Origin: Macrostomum lignano
Lineage: Eukaryota
Assembly (NCBI GenBank): GCA_002269645.1
Contig: NIVC01000132.1
Location: forward strand, 310,001 to 374,000
DNA: 64,000 bases
Reading direction: 5' to 3'
Shown: positions 1 to 13,287 of the stretch, in pieces
Position numbering within the stretch: position 1 is the stretch's first letter
Layout: each line of letters starts with the position of its first letter
Notes under the pieces: generated by a model
The model's database searches: none
The model's input: the letters and a program-made list of their open reading frames with translations, nothing else
What the model was told of the DNA's origin: nothing
Position numbers and translations under genes: made by a program

Positions 1-556
1 TCATAGCTAGGCAAACACAGTGCCAGAAACCTTATAGCTGACTGAGCAGATCTTGACTGAGCATTGTGTGACAGATTGTGAGTATCCTATTCTGCCATTC
101 ACAAATTTTCCAAAAACTTCTGCTCACAGAGTTGGAAATTTGGTGTCCGCAAGTCCAGATCACGATCGGGAAGAGGAAGAGTGAGGGGTTGTTGGGTTCT
201 CGGTGGAGGAAAGATGAGACGCCGAGGTAAAAAAACTGTATCCCAACTCTCTAAGCGCCGAAGGGATTCGCAAGCTTTCTTGGGGATTCTGCTCAGTGTG
301 TATAGTAAAAAACAGGTAAAATATTCAGCTACTTGATTACGCAATAAGTCTGCAGTATCAGCAGCTCGGTGACTAGCAGATGAAGGGCTTTAGCAGCAGC
401 ACGAAATGGATCAGATGCGTGCTTGACAGAAAAGGGAAGATAGTTGGGGGAGACGGGGCAACAGCGGGTTAAGCTTGGGCAAAGTGGACGGATTATAGGG
501 TGCTTAGCCTGTTCAAACCATATTCTAAATAAAGAAGATATGTTTCAGACTTTTGC

Positions 557-1508
557 TGTTCTTTGCCATAGACAGTATGTCTGGTTCTCCGTTCTTTGCC
601 ATAGACAGTATGTCTGGTTTTCCGTTCTTTGCCATAGACAGTATGTCTGGTTTTCCGTTCTTTGCCATAGACAGTATGTCTGGTTTTCCGTTCTTTGCCA
701 TAGACAGCATGTCTGGTTCTCCGTTCTTTGCCATAGACAGTATGTCTGGTTTTCCGTTCTTTGCCATAGACAGTATGTCTGGTTTTCCGTTCTTTGCCAT
801 AGACAGTATGTCTGGTTTTCCGTTCTTTGCCATAGACAGTATGTCTGGTTTTCCGTTCTTTGCCATAGACAGTATGTCTGGTTTTCCGTTCTTTGCCATA
901 GACAGTATGTCTGGTTCTCCGCTCTTTGCCATAGACAGTATGTCTGGTTCTCCGTTCTTTGCCATAGACAGTATGTCTGGTTTTCCGTTCTTTGCCATAG
1001 ACAGTATGTCTGGTTCTCCGTTCTTTGCCATAGACAGTATGTATGGTTCTCCGTTCTTTGCCATAGACAGCATGTCTGGTTCTCCGTTCTTTGCCATAGA
1101 CAGCATGTCTGGTTTTCCGCTCTTTGCCATAGACAGCATGTCTGGTTCTCCGTTCTTTTTGCCATAGACAGCATGTCTGGTTTTCCGTTCTTTGCCATAG
1201 ACAGCATGTCTGGTTCTCCGTTCTTTGCCATAGACAGCATGTCTGGTTCTCCGTTCTTTGCCATAGACAGCATGTCTGGTTTTCCGCTCTTTTTGCCATA
1301 GACAGCATGTCTGGTTTTCCGCTCTTTTTGCCATAGACAGCATGTCTGGTTTTCCGTTCTTTGCCATAGACAGCATGTCTGGTTTTCCGTTCTTTGCCAT
1401 AGACAGTATGTCTGGTTCTCCGTTCTTTGCCATAGACAGTATGTCTGGTTCTCCGTTCTTTGCCATAGACAGCATGTCTGGTTTTCCGCTCTTTGCCATA
1501 GACAGCAT
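557..1508. repeat. 33-bp minisatellite (GCCATAGACAGTATGTCTGGTTTTCCGTTCTTT), ~29 copies
   Basis: Direct tandem periodicity, matching the 11-aa repeat in the ORF track. Each unit has a small AGACA-GTA-TGTCT hairpin. Confidence 0.95.
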
Positions 1509-1740
1509 GACATACTTTAGCTTCTTTGCAATAGACAAGCATGCTCTACCTAGCTTTATTATTGAACAATGTACAGTCCAGGCCATTTACAAATATGTAG
1601 TTGCACGGATAAATGAGCATTCATCTCTGATCAGTTTATTACGGGTGCGGGCAGTAGTGGAAGCTCCTCCCATGAAGCAGAAAAAAGAAATACGCAGCAG
1701 GGGGCACTGCAAGCAGCCATAAAAGTGTCAGGCTGAGCCA

Positions 1741-1813
1741 ATGTGGAGAGGATCGCTGTTTGTGAATGAGGATTTTTTTATCGGGCGGCTTCGGCTTTTC
1801 TGTGCGACTCTGG
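1741..1813 (+). CDS. Possible first coding exon of gene 1 (MWRGSLFVNEDFFIGRLRLFCATL)
   Basis: ATG at 1741, open to a G|GTGAGG donor in phase 1, which matches the phase-1 acceptor at 5736. Not a convincing signal peptide, so tentative. Confidence 0.25.
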
Positions 1814-1986
1814 GTGAGGCTGGAGGAGAGTAAGGACGCTGTGGACCAAGCAGCGTTTTGGCTTTTAACTATGCAGTTTGAATTCGTTTTTCTTTGGTCT
1901 GAGTTTAATACCGCATCCAAGCCCAAGGGAACAGGTCAGGTGTACCACCTAACACCGTCTTCTCCACGTCGAACCCGGCTAACCCG

Positions 1987-2470
1987 ATCCGCTCTCTCCC
2001 TATCCGCTCTCTCCCTATCCGCTCTCTCCCTATCCGCTCTCTCCCTATCCGCTCTCTCCCTATCCGCTCTCTCCCTATCCGCTCTCTCCCTATCCGCTCT
2101 CTCCTATCCGCTCTCTCCCTATCCGCTCTCTCCCTATCCGCTCTCTCCCTTTCCGCTCTCTCCCTATCCGCTCTCTCCCTATCCGCTCTCTCCCTATCCA
2201 CCTTCTGTCACTATCCGCTCTCTCCCTATTCGCTCTCTCCCTATCCGCTCTCTCCCTATCCGCTCTCTCCCTATCCGCTCTCTCCCTATCCGCTCTCTCC
2301 CTATCCGCTCTCTCCCTATCCGCTCTCTCCCTATCCGCTCTCTCCCTATCCGCTCTCTCCCTATCCGCTCTCTCCCTATCCGCTCTCTCCCTATCCGCTC
2401 TCTCCCTATCCGCTCTCTCCCTATCCGCTCTCTCCCTATCCGCTCTCTCCCTATCCGCTCTCTCCTTATC
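1987..2470. repeat. 15-bp minisatellite (ATCCGCTCTCTCCCT), ~32 copies
   Basis: Direct tandem periodicity. Confidence 0.95.
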
Positions 2471-3632
2471 CACCGATTTCCCATCCGCTGTCCCCTCACT
2501 CACGGTCTCCTCTTGCGCTCCCAACCCACCCGCCATCTACCAACCGTCAGTCACGCAGCCGCCCTGCCAGCCCCATACATCGCCTCCCTGCCGATTCGGG
2601 TCGCTGGATCAAATCCTTTGCCGCCAAACCCAAGGGAGTGGGGGGAGTTTTATCCCCAGGGGTGGAAGGTTGGCTCTCGGCTGCTGCGAATGGGATATGA
2701 CTATCAATAATTAACAATGGATGATTAGGCATCTCCCCAACAAGAAAAAGGCAATCCGGCATTCATAATGCAACAAATAGCGGCACGGGATAGTTGTAAT
2801 TATTTTCCCCCTTCACCCCCCCCCCCCATCCAAAAGGCCCGCCTGCGGGATCGCTGGGCAGGGGTGGCGCTGCGCCGGCACAGAATAAGTCGCTAAGCCA
2901 ATTATCTTTCGTGATTAATAGCGCCGCAGAGCAAGTCTAGCTGCCGTAGCGCTGGGGCTGGCTGGCGCCCACAGGCCGTCCCTTGGACACCGCCGCCGTG
3001 TTTATTCTTTGGCTTCCAACCTTCGGCATCAATGATGGAGAATGAATTGGGAGCCTGTTTCTCTCTCTTGTATAATAGCGCCATCCCCTGCCTGACCGTC
3101 TCTCGTCCTATAGCCGCGGCCATCCCCATCCAGCAAAGTAATTTTCTTCTAGCAGCAGCAGAAGCAGCGTCTTCAAAAGGGAAGAAATAAAGGCAAGGCA
3201 TTTTAGATTATAATAGGCCGCATTAATTCATCATTTTCCATGCCGCGCCGGCTTCTGTTGCTAGCCAACCAGGACTTGCTACAGGGCCAATGCTTTTTTC
3301 TGAGGCTTTTCAAGGTGATTTTACATTAATTAGCAATTATAAGGCAATGCGAAGGGCTTAGAGGAATAATAGCACAAAACTTCTTTGCTTCTGGTTTGGC
3401 ATCAGAGTCTCAATTACATGGGGATTGGGACAGGCTTAAATTGATTTTAAAAGCTATTTAAAAGGCGACGAGGCACTTCTAACGATTAGAGGTGTCTAAT
3501 CGTTATAATTAATATAATTAGTTATTAATTGACCTGATTGTCCGTAGCACACGTTAATTACGTAGTTTAAACTGTCTTAGTAATATACTGTGTCTTTTAT
3601 TGCAATCTGCCTTCAGTGACCAGCAACACCTA

Positions 3633-4830
3633 CAATCTACTTTTACCAGACATCTATCAAAATACCTCTTACCACCAGACACATCTACCTTCTAAAATCT
3701 GCGACCAGACACATCTACCTCTTACAATCTGCCACCAGACACATCTACCTCTTACAATCTGCCACCAGACACATCTACCTCTTACAATCTGCCACCAGAA
3801 ACATCTACCTCTTACAATCTGCCACCAGACACATCTACCTTCTAAAATCTGCCATCAGACACATCTACTTCTTACAATCTGCCACCAGACACATCTACCT
3901 TCTACAATCTGCCACCAGACACATCTACCTTCTACAATCTGCCACCAGACACATGTACCTCTTACAATCTGCCACCAGACACATCTACCTTCTACAATCT
4001 GCCACCAGACACATCTACCTCTTACAATCTGCCACCAGAAACATCTACCTCTTACAATCTGCCACCAGACACATCTACCTCTTACAATCTGCCACCAGAC
4101 ACATCTACCTCTTACAATCTGCCACCAGAAACATCTACCTCTTACAATCTGCCACCAGACACATCTACCTTCTAAAATCTGCCATCAGACACATCTACTT
4201 CTTACAATCTGCCACCAGACACATCTACCTCTTACAATCTGCCACCAGACACATCTACCTCTTACAATCTGCCACCAGACACATCTACCTCTTACAATCT
4301 GCCACCAGACACATCTACCTCTTACAATCTGCAACCAGACACATCTACCTTCTACAATCTGCTGCTACCAGACACATCTACCATCTACAATCTGCAACCA
4401 GACACATCTACCTCTTACAATCTGCAACCAGACACATCTACCTCTTACAATCTGCAACCAGACACATCTACCTTCTACAATCTGCTGCTACTAGACACAT
4501 CTACCATCTACAATCTGCAACCAGACACATCTACTTCTTACAATCTGCCACCAGACACATCTACCTTCTACAATCTGCTGCTACCAGACACATCTACCAT
4601 CTACAATCTGCAACCAGACACATCTACCTCTTACAATCTGCCACCAGACACATCTACCTCTTACAATCTGCAACCAGACACATCTACCTCTTACAATCTG
4701 CAACCAGACACATCTACCTTCTACAATCTGCCACCAGACACATCTACCTCTTACAATCTGCCACCAGAAACATCTACCTCTTACAATCTGCCACCAGACA
4801 CATCTACCTTCTACAATCTGCTGCTACCAG
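3633..4830. repeat. 30-bp minisatellite (ACAATCTGCCACCAGACACATCTACCTCTT), ~39 copies with some 33-bp variants
   Basis: Direct tandem periodicity. Confidence 0.95.
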
Positions 4831-5735
4831 AAATTACCCTAATCTAGATGCATTTTCCTTATCCATTCCTAAGCCACACAATAAGCAGATGACCTTGTAC
4901 ACAAAGCTACTCCCACCTCTAAATACACTAAGGACAACAAACTACAATAGCGGAGCTGCAGATTGGCGTGACCAGAACTCCTTTTTCAGCACTGGCTGAC
5001 ACGCGGTTCACTAATGAACGATATAGTGAGCATATATATCACGGATAGAATAAGAAGCATAGAAAGCTTTAAGGCTTAAAGCTTATGGAAGAATATCCAG
5101 TTTTTTTTACTAAAAAAGAGGGGCCTCTCTCTCTCTCTGTGATGCACGTTCCATGCGATGCGGTAAAGGTTTGGTCAGACCAGGGTCGAGAAAATGAGAA
5201 GGAAGTGGCGGGAGAGAGAGATGAGACGAAGACGCGGACTGATAGCTTTAACTATAGCCACTGGCAAAGACACGCGGATATGCAGCAAGAGATGAGGGAC
5301 CACCGTCACACGCACAATAGCCTCCAAACACAGCCTGGGCATCCCAGACTGACTGTTACAGTTGAGCAGGGCCATACCAAGGGGTCAATCTCTCTCTCAT
5401 CCCTCCCTTCCCCAGCTCCAGTAGCGGTGATTTGAGCTGCTGCCAGCCGCTAGCGTCATCCGATGGCCCCAGGGCTGCCCCACCTCTCTTTAGCCTCATC
5501 ATTGCCTCCTTCACTTCGGCCAGCACTTTTCCCTGTCTGTGTCCGCCTGCCGACAGTTTCCAAGACCGACAGATTTAGCTGTGGTGGATGGTAGCGGGGC
5601 TGGCAGTTAACAGTTAGGGCAGGTTAGGAGAGAGATAAATGTAATTTATTTGGGAGTACAGAGTGCGATTGGGATGAAAATTGGGTAGGCAACGGACATG
5701 AAAAGTACAAAAAGTACCCTATTTGCTATTTTCAG

Positions 5736-5807
5736 ACGCCGCTCGGCCTCTGAAGCAGGTTGAAAATCGGCTGAGAGACGAAGACTTCATTCCGGTACCG
5801 ACATCAG
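5736..5807 (+). CDS. Gene 1 exon (AARPLKQVENRLRDEDFIPVPTS)
   Basis: TTTTCAG acceptor, G|GTGAGA donor, phase 1 to 1, open. Joins the 13163 exon as GAA (E). Confidence 0.6.
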
Positions 5808-5964
5808 GTGAGAGAATAATTCCTATAACTGTCGCCTTAACCTGCGAGTGATACCGTTCTTCATTCAAAAGCTACGAGTATTTGCGTGTGGTTTCTGGGA
5901 TCTGTAAATATTTAGCCGCTTAAGCTGCAACAAGCTCTAATCACTTGAGCTCCAAGCTCAATGA

Positions 5965-7052
5965 GGATCTATCAAGCTCTAGCCTCTTGATTTCCCGCTA
6001 AATAGGGATCTATCAAGCTCTAGTCTCTTGAGCTCCCGCTAAATAGGGATCTATCAAGCTCTAGTTGCTTGAGCTCCCGCTAAATAGGGATCTATCAAGC
6101 TCTAGTCTCTTGAGCTCCCGCTAAATAGGGATCTATCAAGCTCTAGTCTCTTGAGCTCCCGCTAAATAGGGATCTATCAAGCTCTAGTCTCTTGAGCTCC
6201 CGCTAAATAGGGATCTATCAAGCTCTAGCCTCTTGATTTCTCACTAAATAGGGATCTATCAAACTCTAGCCTCTTGAGTTCCCGCTAAATAGGGATCTAT
6301 CAAGCTCTAGTCTCTTGAGCTCCCGCTAAATAGGGATCTATCAAGCTCTAGTCTCTTGAGCTCCCGCTAAATAGGGATCTATCAAGCTCTAGTCTCTTGA
6401 GCTCCCGCTAAATAGGGATCTATCAAGCTCTAGCCTCTTGATTTCTCACTAAATAGGGATCTATCAAACTCTAGCCTCTTGAGTTCCCGCTAAATAGGGA
6501 TCTATCAAGCTCTAGTCTCTTGAGCTCCCGCTAAATAGGGATCTATCAAGCTCTAGTCTCTTGAGCTCCCGCTAAATAGGGATCTATCAAGCTCTAGTCT
6601 CTTGAGCTCCCGCTAAATAGGGATCTATCAAGCTCTAGCCTCTTGATTTCTCACTAAATAGGGATCTATCAAACTCTAGCCTCTTGAGTTCCCGCTAAAT
6701 AGGGATCTATCAAGCTCCAGTCGCTTGAGCTCCCGCTAAATAGGGATCTATCAAGCTCTAGTCTCTTGAGCTCCCGCTAAATAGGGATCTATCAAGCTCT
6801 AGTCTCTTGAGCTCCCGCTAAATAGGGATCTATCAAGCTCTAGTCTCTTGAGCTCCCGCTAAATAGGGATCTATCAAGCTCTAGTCTCTTGAGCTCCCGC
6901 TAAATAGGGATCTATCAAGCTCTAGCCTCTTGATTTCTCACTAAATAGGGATCTATCAAACTCTAGCCTCTTGAGTTCCCGCTAAATAGGGATCTATCAA
7001 GCTCCAGTCGCTTGAGCTCCCGCTAAATAGGGATCTATCAAGCTCTAGTCGC
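5965..7052. repeat. 41-bp minisatellite (GGGATCTATCAAGCTCTAGTCTCTTGAGCTCCCGCTAAATA), ~26 copies with higher-order structure
   Basis: Tandem periodicity. A variant unit recurs at 6235, 6440, 6645 and 6932. Confidence 0.95.
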
Positions 7053-7831
7053 TCCAAGAGTGATCTACTCAAGCTCAAGTCACATGAGCTTCAAACTCCA
7101 AGCGGTATCTATGAAGCGCGAGTCACCTGAGCTCCTCAACTAAACATTTTCACCATCTGAACTTCCCAATCGAATGCGAAACAAAACTTAGCTTGGTCTG
7201 TGGTTAATGTCGAACTACTGGAATTAATGCCTTCAAGCGAGAATATATCCCAAAAGTCAATAGAGAAGCCGGCGGCCTTTTTAAAATAGTTATCCTCCAA
7301 CTTCTAACTGAACCACGCGACACTCGGAAATCTCCAGATTCTCAGATTCTCTCCCAGGCTCCATCATCCATTCTTCCGCTTCTCAAGCCTAAGCAGACTT
7401 TCATGCCGCTTACCTGACTTTCTGGCAAAGCTTTGATTGACGACCGGCTGCTGCGTCTGTGGCCTTGGAGCGACCGTTACGTCATAAATGCTTTTGGCAT
7501 TCATTCTATGAGCTGGACTACGCTGGGCTTTGATCCCCTTAGCACGGAAGATCCTCGTTCAAGCCAAATAGCTATATATAAAAGAGAAACATTATTTTTT
7601 TTAAAACTTCTTAGTTACGCTCCGATTCGCTCCAGCATCACGCTTCATCGGTAGGACTCGCACGAAAGCGACCGCTGCTCATAGAAAAAGTTACTTACTA
7701 GACTTTTCTCCCTAATAAAGGCGGTTGATTATTAATGGGAACGGCAACGGTCGTTTTAATAGTTTAATGTAACCATTTCAAACTATAAATTATTAAATAA
7801 CCAAACCAAAACGGTTATTTTTGGGTTCAAG

Positions 7832-8175
7832 GGATGCTTGCTATCGGGGGGATACTTGCTATCAGGGGATGCTTGCTATCCGGAGATGCTTGCTATCTGG
7901 GGGGATGCTTGCTATCTGGGGGGATGCTTGCTATCTGGGGGATGCTTGCTATTGTATTTGGGGAGATGCTTGCTGTCTGGGTTTCTTGCTATCTTGGGGG
8001 ATGCTTGCTATCGAGGGAATGCTTGCTATCGGGGGATGCTTGCTATCGGGGGAATGCTTGCTATCGGGGGATGCTTGCTATCGGGGGAATGCTTGCTATC
8101 GGGGGGATGCTTGCTATCGGGGGGATGCTTGCTTTCTCGGGGATGCTTTATTTTTAAGGGGAATGCCTGCTATCT
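7832..8175. repeat. ~18-bp degenerate minisatellite (GGGGGATGCTTGCTATC core)
   Basis: Direct tandem periodicity. Confidence 0.9.
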
Positions 8176-8363
8176 TTGTGAAGGCTAAATTTTGTTGTGT
8201 TCCTTTGTTACATTTAAAAAAAGAAATTCATAACAAACATCTTTCATTGTCTGTGACATTTTTACTTGAATAAGGTGATTTATAAAACTGAAGAAGGAAT
8301 TGGTTGTTAAGAAAATGCGCTTTTTAATGGATTTGCATAAATAATTTTTGCTTCTTGCTTATT

Positions 8364-8396
8364 GGGCGCCCCGAAGGGGGGCAACAGATAGCTAGT
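8364..8396 (+). mobile_element. Possible Helitron-like 3' terminus
   Basis: Imperfect GC hairpin GCCCC-GAA-GGGGGGC, then CTAG|T about 10 nt later. No matching 5' TC end identified. Confidence 0.3.
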
Positions 8397-9067
8397 CCAA
8401 TATACTAAAAATTTAAACTATACATTACTTAATAACCTAACCAAAAACCTATATATTAGAATTTAACGGTTGGCTCAAGACGAATCAGTGAATATATATT
8501 TAAAGATAATGGTGCTCTTGTTCAGAAAACATTCCATTCCAAGAAACCAACTCATCTAGCAAATTCTAACCATGGACAAACAGAACAAAATGACACAATT
8601 TTACCAACTCTGCCCCTTGTGTATCCATAGTTAAAACTTTGCCAGAAATTCACCAAGCCTATTTTACCCCCAAGAAATCGTTTCCAATCTCAAGGGTTCG
8701 CGAAGCATTTCAATTCCAAATTAAGAAAGCTCGCATTATTCGCAGTAGTTCTTTTCTTCTATCATGCAGTTAACTACTAACTTCCTGGGACAGCTTATCA
8801 TAATAACAAAATTCTTTGCACGAAGAGAAACGATTGTCCAGTCAAGTAGAGTGGAAGGCCGCTAAAATAGCTGGCCCCACTTTGACCAACTTCAAGATCA
8901 GCGCTTCAGAGCCCGCGTCTCATTGTCGCTCGCTGCGCGACAGCGGCTGGCCTTCCGTCCGATGCGCTCAAGTGGCCACTGAATAAGCGGCGCGTCGGGG
9001 GAAGCCATGATACTCCTGTTCTGCCGTGTCACTGAGTGTCTCTCGGGCGCTATCGACTCCCTATAGA

Positions 9068-9068
<1 letters not shown>

Positions 9069-9148
<80 letters not shown>

Positions 9149-9290
9149 CTCCTTTCTCTCCGTTCTGTCCCAACTCTTCTTTCTCCATTCTCTCCATTCT
9201 CTCCCTTTTCTCCTTTCTCCCTTCTCTTCTCTCCCCATTCTATTTCCTTCTGTCCATGTCCGCTCTCTCTCCTCCTCTCTCTCTTTCTCG
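9069..9290. repeat. (CT)n microsatellite plus pyrimidine-rich tract
   Basis: Seen directly. Confidence 0.95.
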
Positions 9291-9944
9291 CCGATAGCCA
9301 AAGCCGGTGCTGACGGCATTCTTCTATTATCAATAATTATGTTGGAGTCGGACTTTGAAGACCTCCTGTTCAGCGCGTAAATCTCCCCGACAGACACCTC
9401 ACTTATTGGCGGCATTCCGAAAATTTGCTGCTTCTGTGTTAGCGACCAGGTGACCGATGCTCCTAGCATATATGCTATGCGAACATGCAGACATTCCCCG
9501 AGGTCTAAGTTGATCAACTGCCGCATCAATCAATGCGGCCTCATGGGCGCTCGCTGTGGGTCTGTAGCTGGCGGCTTCGCTGAATGAATCAATCGAGCAC
9601 CCCCCCCACAGGAATCAAAGCGATTGCCCACTGTCCGAAGCGAGGTCCGAGGCCGCCACAATGCATCAATTTGATCTATCTGTCTCTCTATCTTCATCTC
9701 TATCTCTCCATCACTATACTCTTAATAGCGCAAACTATCACTACTCACATGGTGGGGTGTGCCAGTGTTACAGCTACTGTTATAGCTGGGATTGTAACAA
9801 AATTTTGCATATCGCAAATCTTTTTGCATATTAATTACCATAACGTTCTAGCTGGATTTCCGATAACATTGAAGCGACAGCCTCCGAAGTGTTAGTTCGT
9901 TAGATTTCTCACTGTGTGCACTTCAATAACTTGACACTAGCGGC

Positions 9945-10092
9945 GATAGCCATAAACACTACCGGCGATACCCATAGAAATTAGCGGCGATAGCCATAGA
10001 CACTAGCGGCGAGACCCATAGACACTAACGGCGTTAGCCATAGACACTAGCGGCGATACCCATAGACACTAACGGCGTTAGCCATAGACACT
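9945..10092. repeat. ~22-bp degenerate tandem repeat with GCCATAGACAC core
   Basis: About 6 units. An inverted TGTCTATGGC follows at ~10108. Confidence 0.85.
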
Positions 10093-11050
10093 TAGACATT
10101 AGAATTTGTCTATGGCCAAAAGTGAAGATAGAATTTCAAACAATGACCTGTCACTGTCTGAATTTCATAAAGTTTTGAACCATAGACATTTTAAGCAATA
10201 TCTTCCCAACTTTTAAAGCACATATATCTTACAAGTTCAGACTACTTAATCTATAGGGTCAAGTCCAGCCAGCACAACTGGGCAGAAAAGGTACAAATGA
10301 AAATATTTCAATAATTTTACAGCTTTTAACTAATACGCCTAGCCCTATGCAGCCCTCTCAAAGCGCGTCAGCTGCTGGAAACGAGGATCGAGGCCTCTCC
10401 TAGCCTTCTGGGCGACAGTTGTTGACAGGGAAGAGAGCCTAGTGGGGGAGGGGAAAAAGACGGAATGAAGATCTGATGTGAGACCCCCCAGTTCGCATCG
10501 CAAGTTCCCGCAGCCTCTTCTATAGGCAGATTAAGCTCCCAAGGTCCAGGGCCTGCTAAAGACGCCCTGTTAAAGAGAACCGCCACCGTCATTTTTTCTT
10601 CATCACCATTCGTACCTTCTCTCACCTTCTGTTCCACCCGCACTTCAAAGGGTGCACATTCATGGAGAAAAAATTAGTTTTTGCTTCCACAATTTTTGTT
10701 GCCCATCCGGCTAAAGCGTTGTTGGACAAAGAATGGGAACCCCAATCATATTATATAGAAAGGGCATTGCAGCTTGGAGTGGCTAATTGGGAGCATTTAG
10801 TTGGAGCGCTGAACTAATACAACTCTAAGCGTGCTGTATTTCTCTTCTGACTTCCCGTCTCTGGACACTTCAACTAGAAATTGGTGCGGAAGTTTCTGAA
10901 CTACTCAATGATGAGGCACTGGTGGGAAAGAAAAATGAGTCCAATGATACTGGAGATGAGGTGAGCACAGAGACTCAAAACTTGGCGAGATGGGGTTTCA
11001 GAATTCTTAATTGGGGCTTTCTTCGTGCGACTGTTGGCGCTTCTTCGCTT

Positions 11051-11458
11051 GCTGATCCTGGCGCCCCGTACAGATTGAGGTGGCGCCCCGTACAGATTGA
11101 GGTGGCGCCCCGTACAGATTGAGGTGGCGCCCCATACAGATTGAGGTGGCGCCACGTACACTGATCCTGGCGCCCCGTACACTGATCCTGGCGCCCCGTA
11201 CACTGATCCTGGCGCCCCATACACTGATCCTGGCGCCCCGTACAGATTGAGGTGGTGCCCTGTACACTGATCCTGGCGCCCCGTACAGATTGAGGTTGGT
11301 GCCCTGTACACTGATCCTGGCGCCCCGTACAGATTGAGGTTGGTGCCCTGTACACTGATCCTGGCGCCCCGTACAGATTGAGGTTGGTGCCCTGTACACT
11401 GATCCTGGCGCCCCGTACAGATTGAGGTTGGTGCCCTGTACACTGATCCTGGCGCCCT
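11051..11458. repeat. Mixed 21/22-bp minisatellite with GGCGCCCCGTACA core
   Basis: Alternating CTGATCCTGGCGCCCCGTACA and GATTGAGGTGGCGCCCCGTACA units. Confidence 0.9.
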
Positions 11459-12094
11459 CGACATTTTATCGGATGAAGCCCCGCCAGAGGGAGTTTACCC
11501 TCAAGGCATTCAGCCTTTCCTCTTTCAATTATAGAAGAAAATAGCAGTATTGGGATAAGGTAAACAAAAATAGCCAGAAATAGAAAGACAATAAACTACT
11601 GGAAGAGGCAGCAGCTGACTGGGGGGAGGCAGCCAGCATGCGACGCCACGGTGCCAAAACGAGCGGCTGTAGATTCTGTCGCAGTAGAATCCCGTCATAG
11701 CTGGCTGAAGTGGAAGAAGATTCCTAATAAATGTTTAATTGGCTGCACACTTGGAAGCTCATTTCCTTTTTTCATACGCATTCTGAGTGCCTGCGGAGTT
11801 GCTAAATAGAAAAAAGGCTGGATGAAGAATAGAAGAGGCTGGATGAAAATCTTTGGCAGACTCGATGGCCCAATTGCCACGCAAAGTTTTACAGGTGGTG
11901 GCGGGCGGATGGGGGGGAGGAGGTTTTTAATTGCCATCCGGCGAGGGAGAGAAGAGCCTGCTCCGCCCTCACTACAAGCAGAGCCCTCGCGTGAGCACAA
12001 GAGTAGCAATGTCTGTCATTTAGAGCCATTGCTGGGATGGCTTGCTTGCTGCTGCTGCTGCCAGAAGACATTTTTGCTTCTTTTGCGAGGACTT

Positions 12095-12096
<2 letters not shown>

Positions 12097-12179
<83 letters not shown>

Positions 12180-12765
12180 CTCTACCTCTCTCTCTCTCTC
12201 TCTCCCTCTCTCTACCTCTACCTCTATCTCTGTCTCTCTCCCTCTCTCTACCTCTACCTCTATCTCTGTCTCTCTCCCTCTCTCTACCTCTACCTCTACC
12301 TCTACCTCTACCTCTATCTCTGTCTCTCTCCCTCTCTCTACCTCTACCTCTATCTCTGTCTCTCTCCCTCTCTCTACCTCTACCTCTACCTCTACCTCTA
12401 CCTCTATCTCTGTCTCTCTCCCTCTCTCTACCTCTACCTCTATCTCTGTCTCTCTCCCTCTCTCTACCTCTACCTCTATCTCTGTCTCTCTCCCTCTCTC
12501 TACCTCTACCTCTATCTCTGTCTCTCTCCCTCTCTCTACCTCTACCTCTATCTCTGTCTCTCTCCCTCTCTCTACCTCTACCTCTACCTCTACCTCTACC
12601 TCTATCTCTGTCTCTCTCCCTCTCTCTACCTCTACCTCTACCTCTATCTCTGTCTCTCTCCCTCTCTCTACCTCTACCTCTATCTCTGTCTCTCTCCCTC
12701 TCTCTACCTCTACCTCTACCTCTACCTCTACCTCTACCTCTCTCTCTCTCTCTCTGTCTCTCTCC
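12097..12765. repeat. Compound pyrimidine-rich microsatellite ((CT)n, CTCTAC, ~30-bp units)
   Basis: Seen directly. Confidence 0.95.
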
Positions 12766-13162
12766 ATCAGCTCCGCTGACCATTCTGACACTGTACACTT
12801 CATGGAGAAATAAATTCAAAGTTACTATTTATCTTTTTTAACTCTTCGTGATGGATAAGTTCTGGAACAAGTTTGTCTATGGTAAAATCATATTTAACAC
12901 GATGGAGAATGAGCCCAGTACAAACTGCATTGCAGAAAAATAAATGGGAAAACTTTTTATATCAATAATGGACTTTTTCAGCATCTAGCTTCCTTCCATT
13001 CTATTTGTCCATGAAATGCATTGTAATATTTTTTCTAGGGCCTCGATAATGTACTAATGCATCAAATTGGCTTTGAGATCTCTTGAGCTGAAGAGGCAGG
13101 TGCGAAACTCACAGCAGCCCACATCCCCACATTCCCACATCCCCACATTCCCACAACCGCAG

Positions 13163-13287
13163 AATCCCAGCGCATCAAGGTGCAGCTCTCGCGCGGTGTC
13201 CTTGCCGAGCCGGTGGATGGCCTGCGATCGAGGCGACAGCGACGAGTGCGCATCGCTAGCAACGGCGTCGATAAGAGCTTCATCTGG
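13163..13287 (+). CDS. Gene 1 exon (SQRIKVQLSRG...RSRRQRRVRIASNGVDKSFIW)
   Basis: CCGCAG acceptor, TGG|GTGAGC donor, phase 1 to 0, GC3-rich codons. Joins in frame to 22539. Confidence 0.7.

Noticed and set aside
444-4999. Overlapping long ORFs in several frames over the 33-, 15- and 30-bp arrays
   Set aside because: Unit lengths divisible by 3 and lacking stops produce ORFs on both strands. There are no splice signals or domains. The same applies to the ORFs at 12.0-12.8, 20.6-21.7, 25.3-26.1, 31.5-32.3 and 52.4-53.2 kb.
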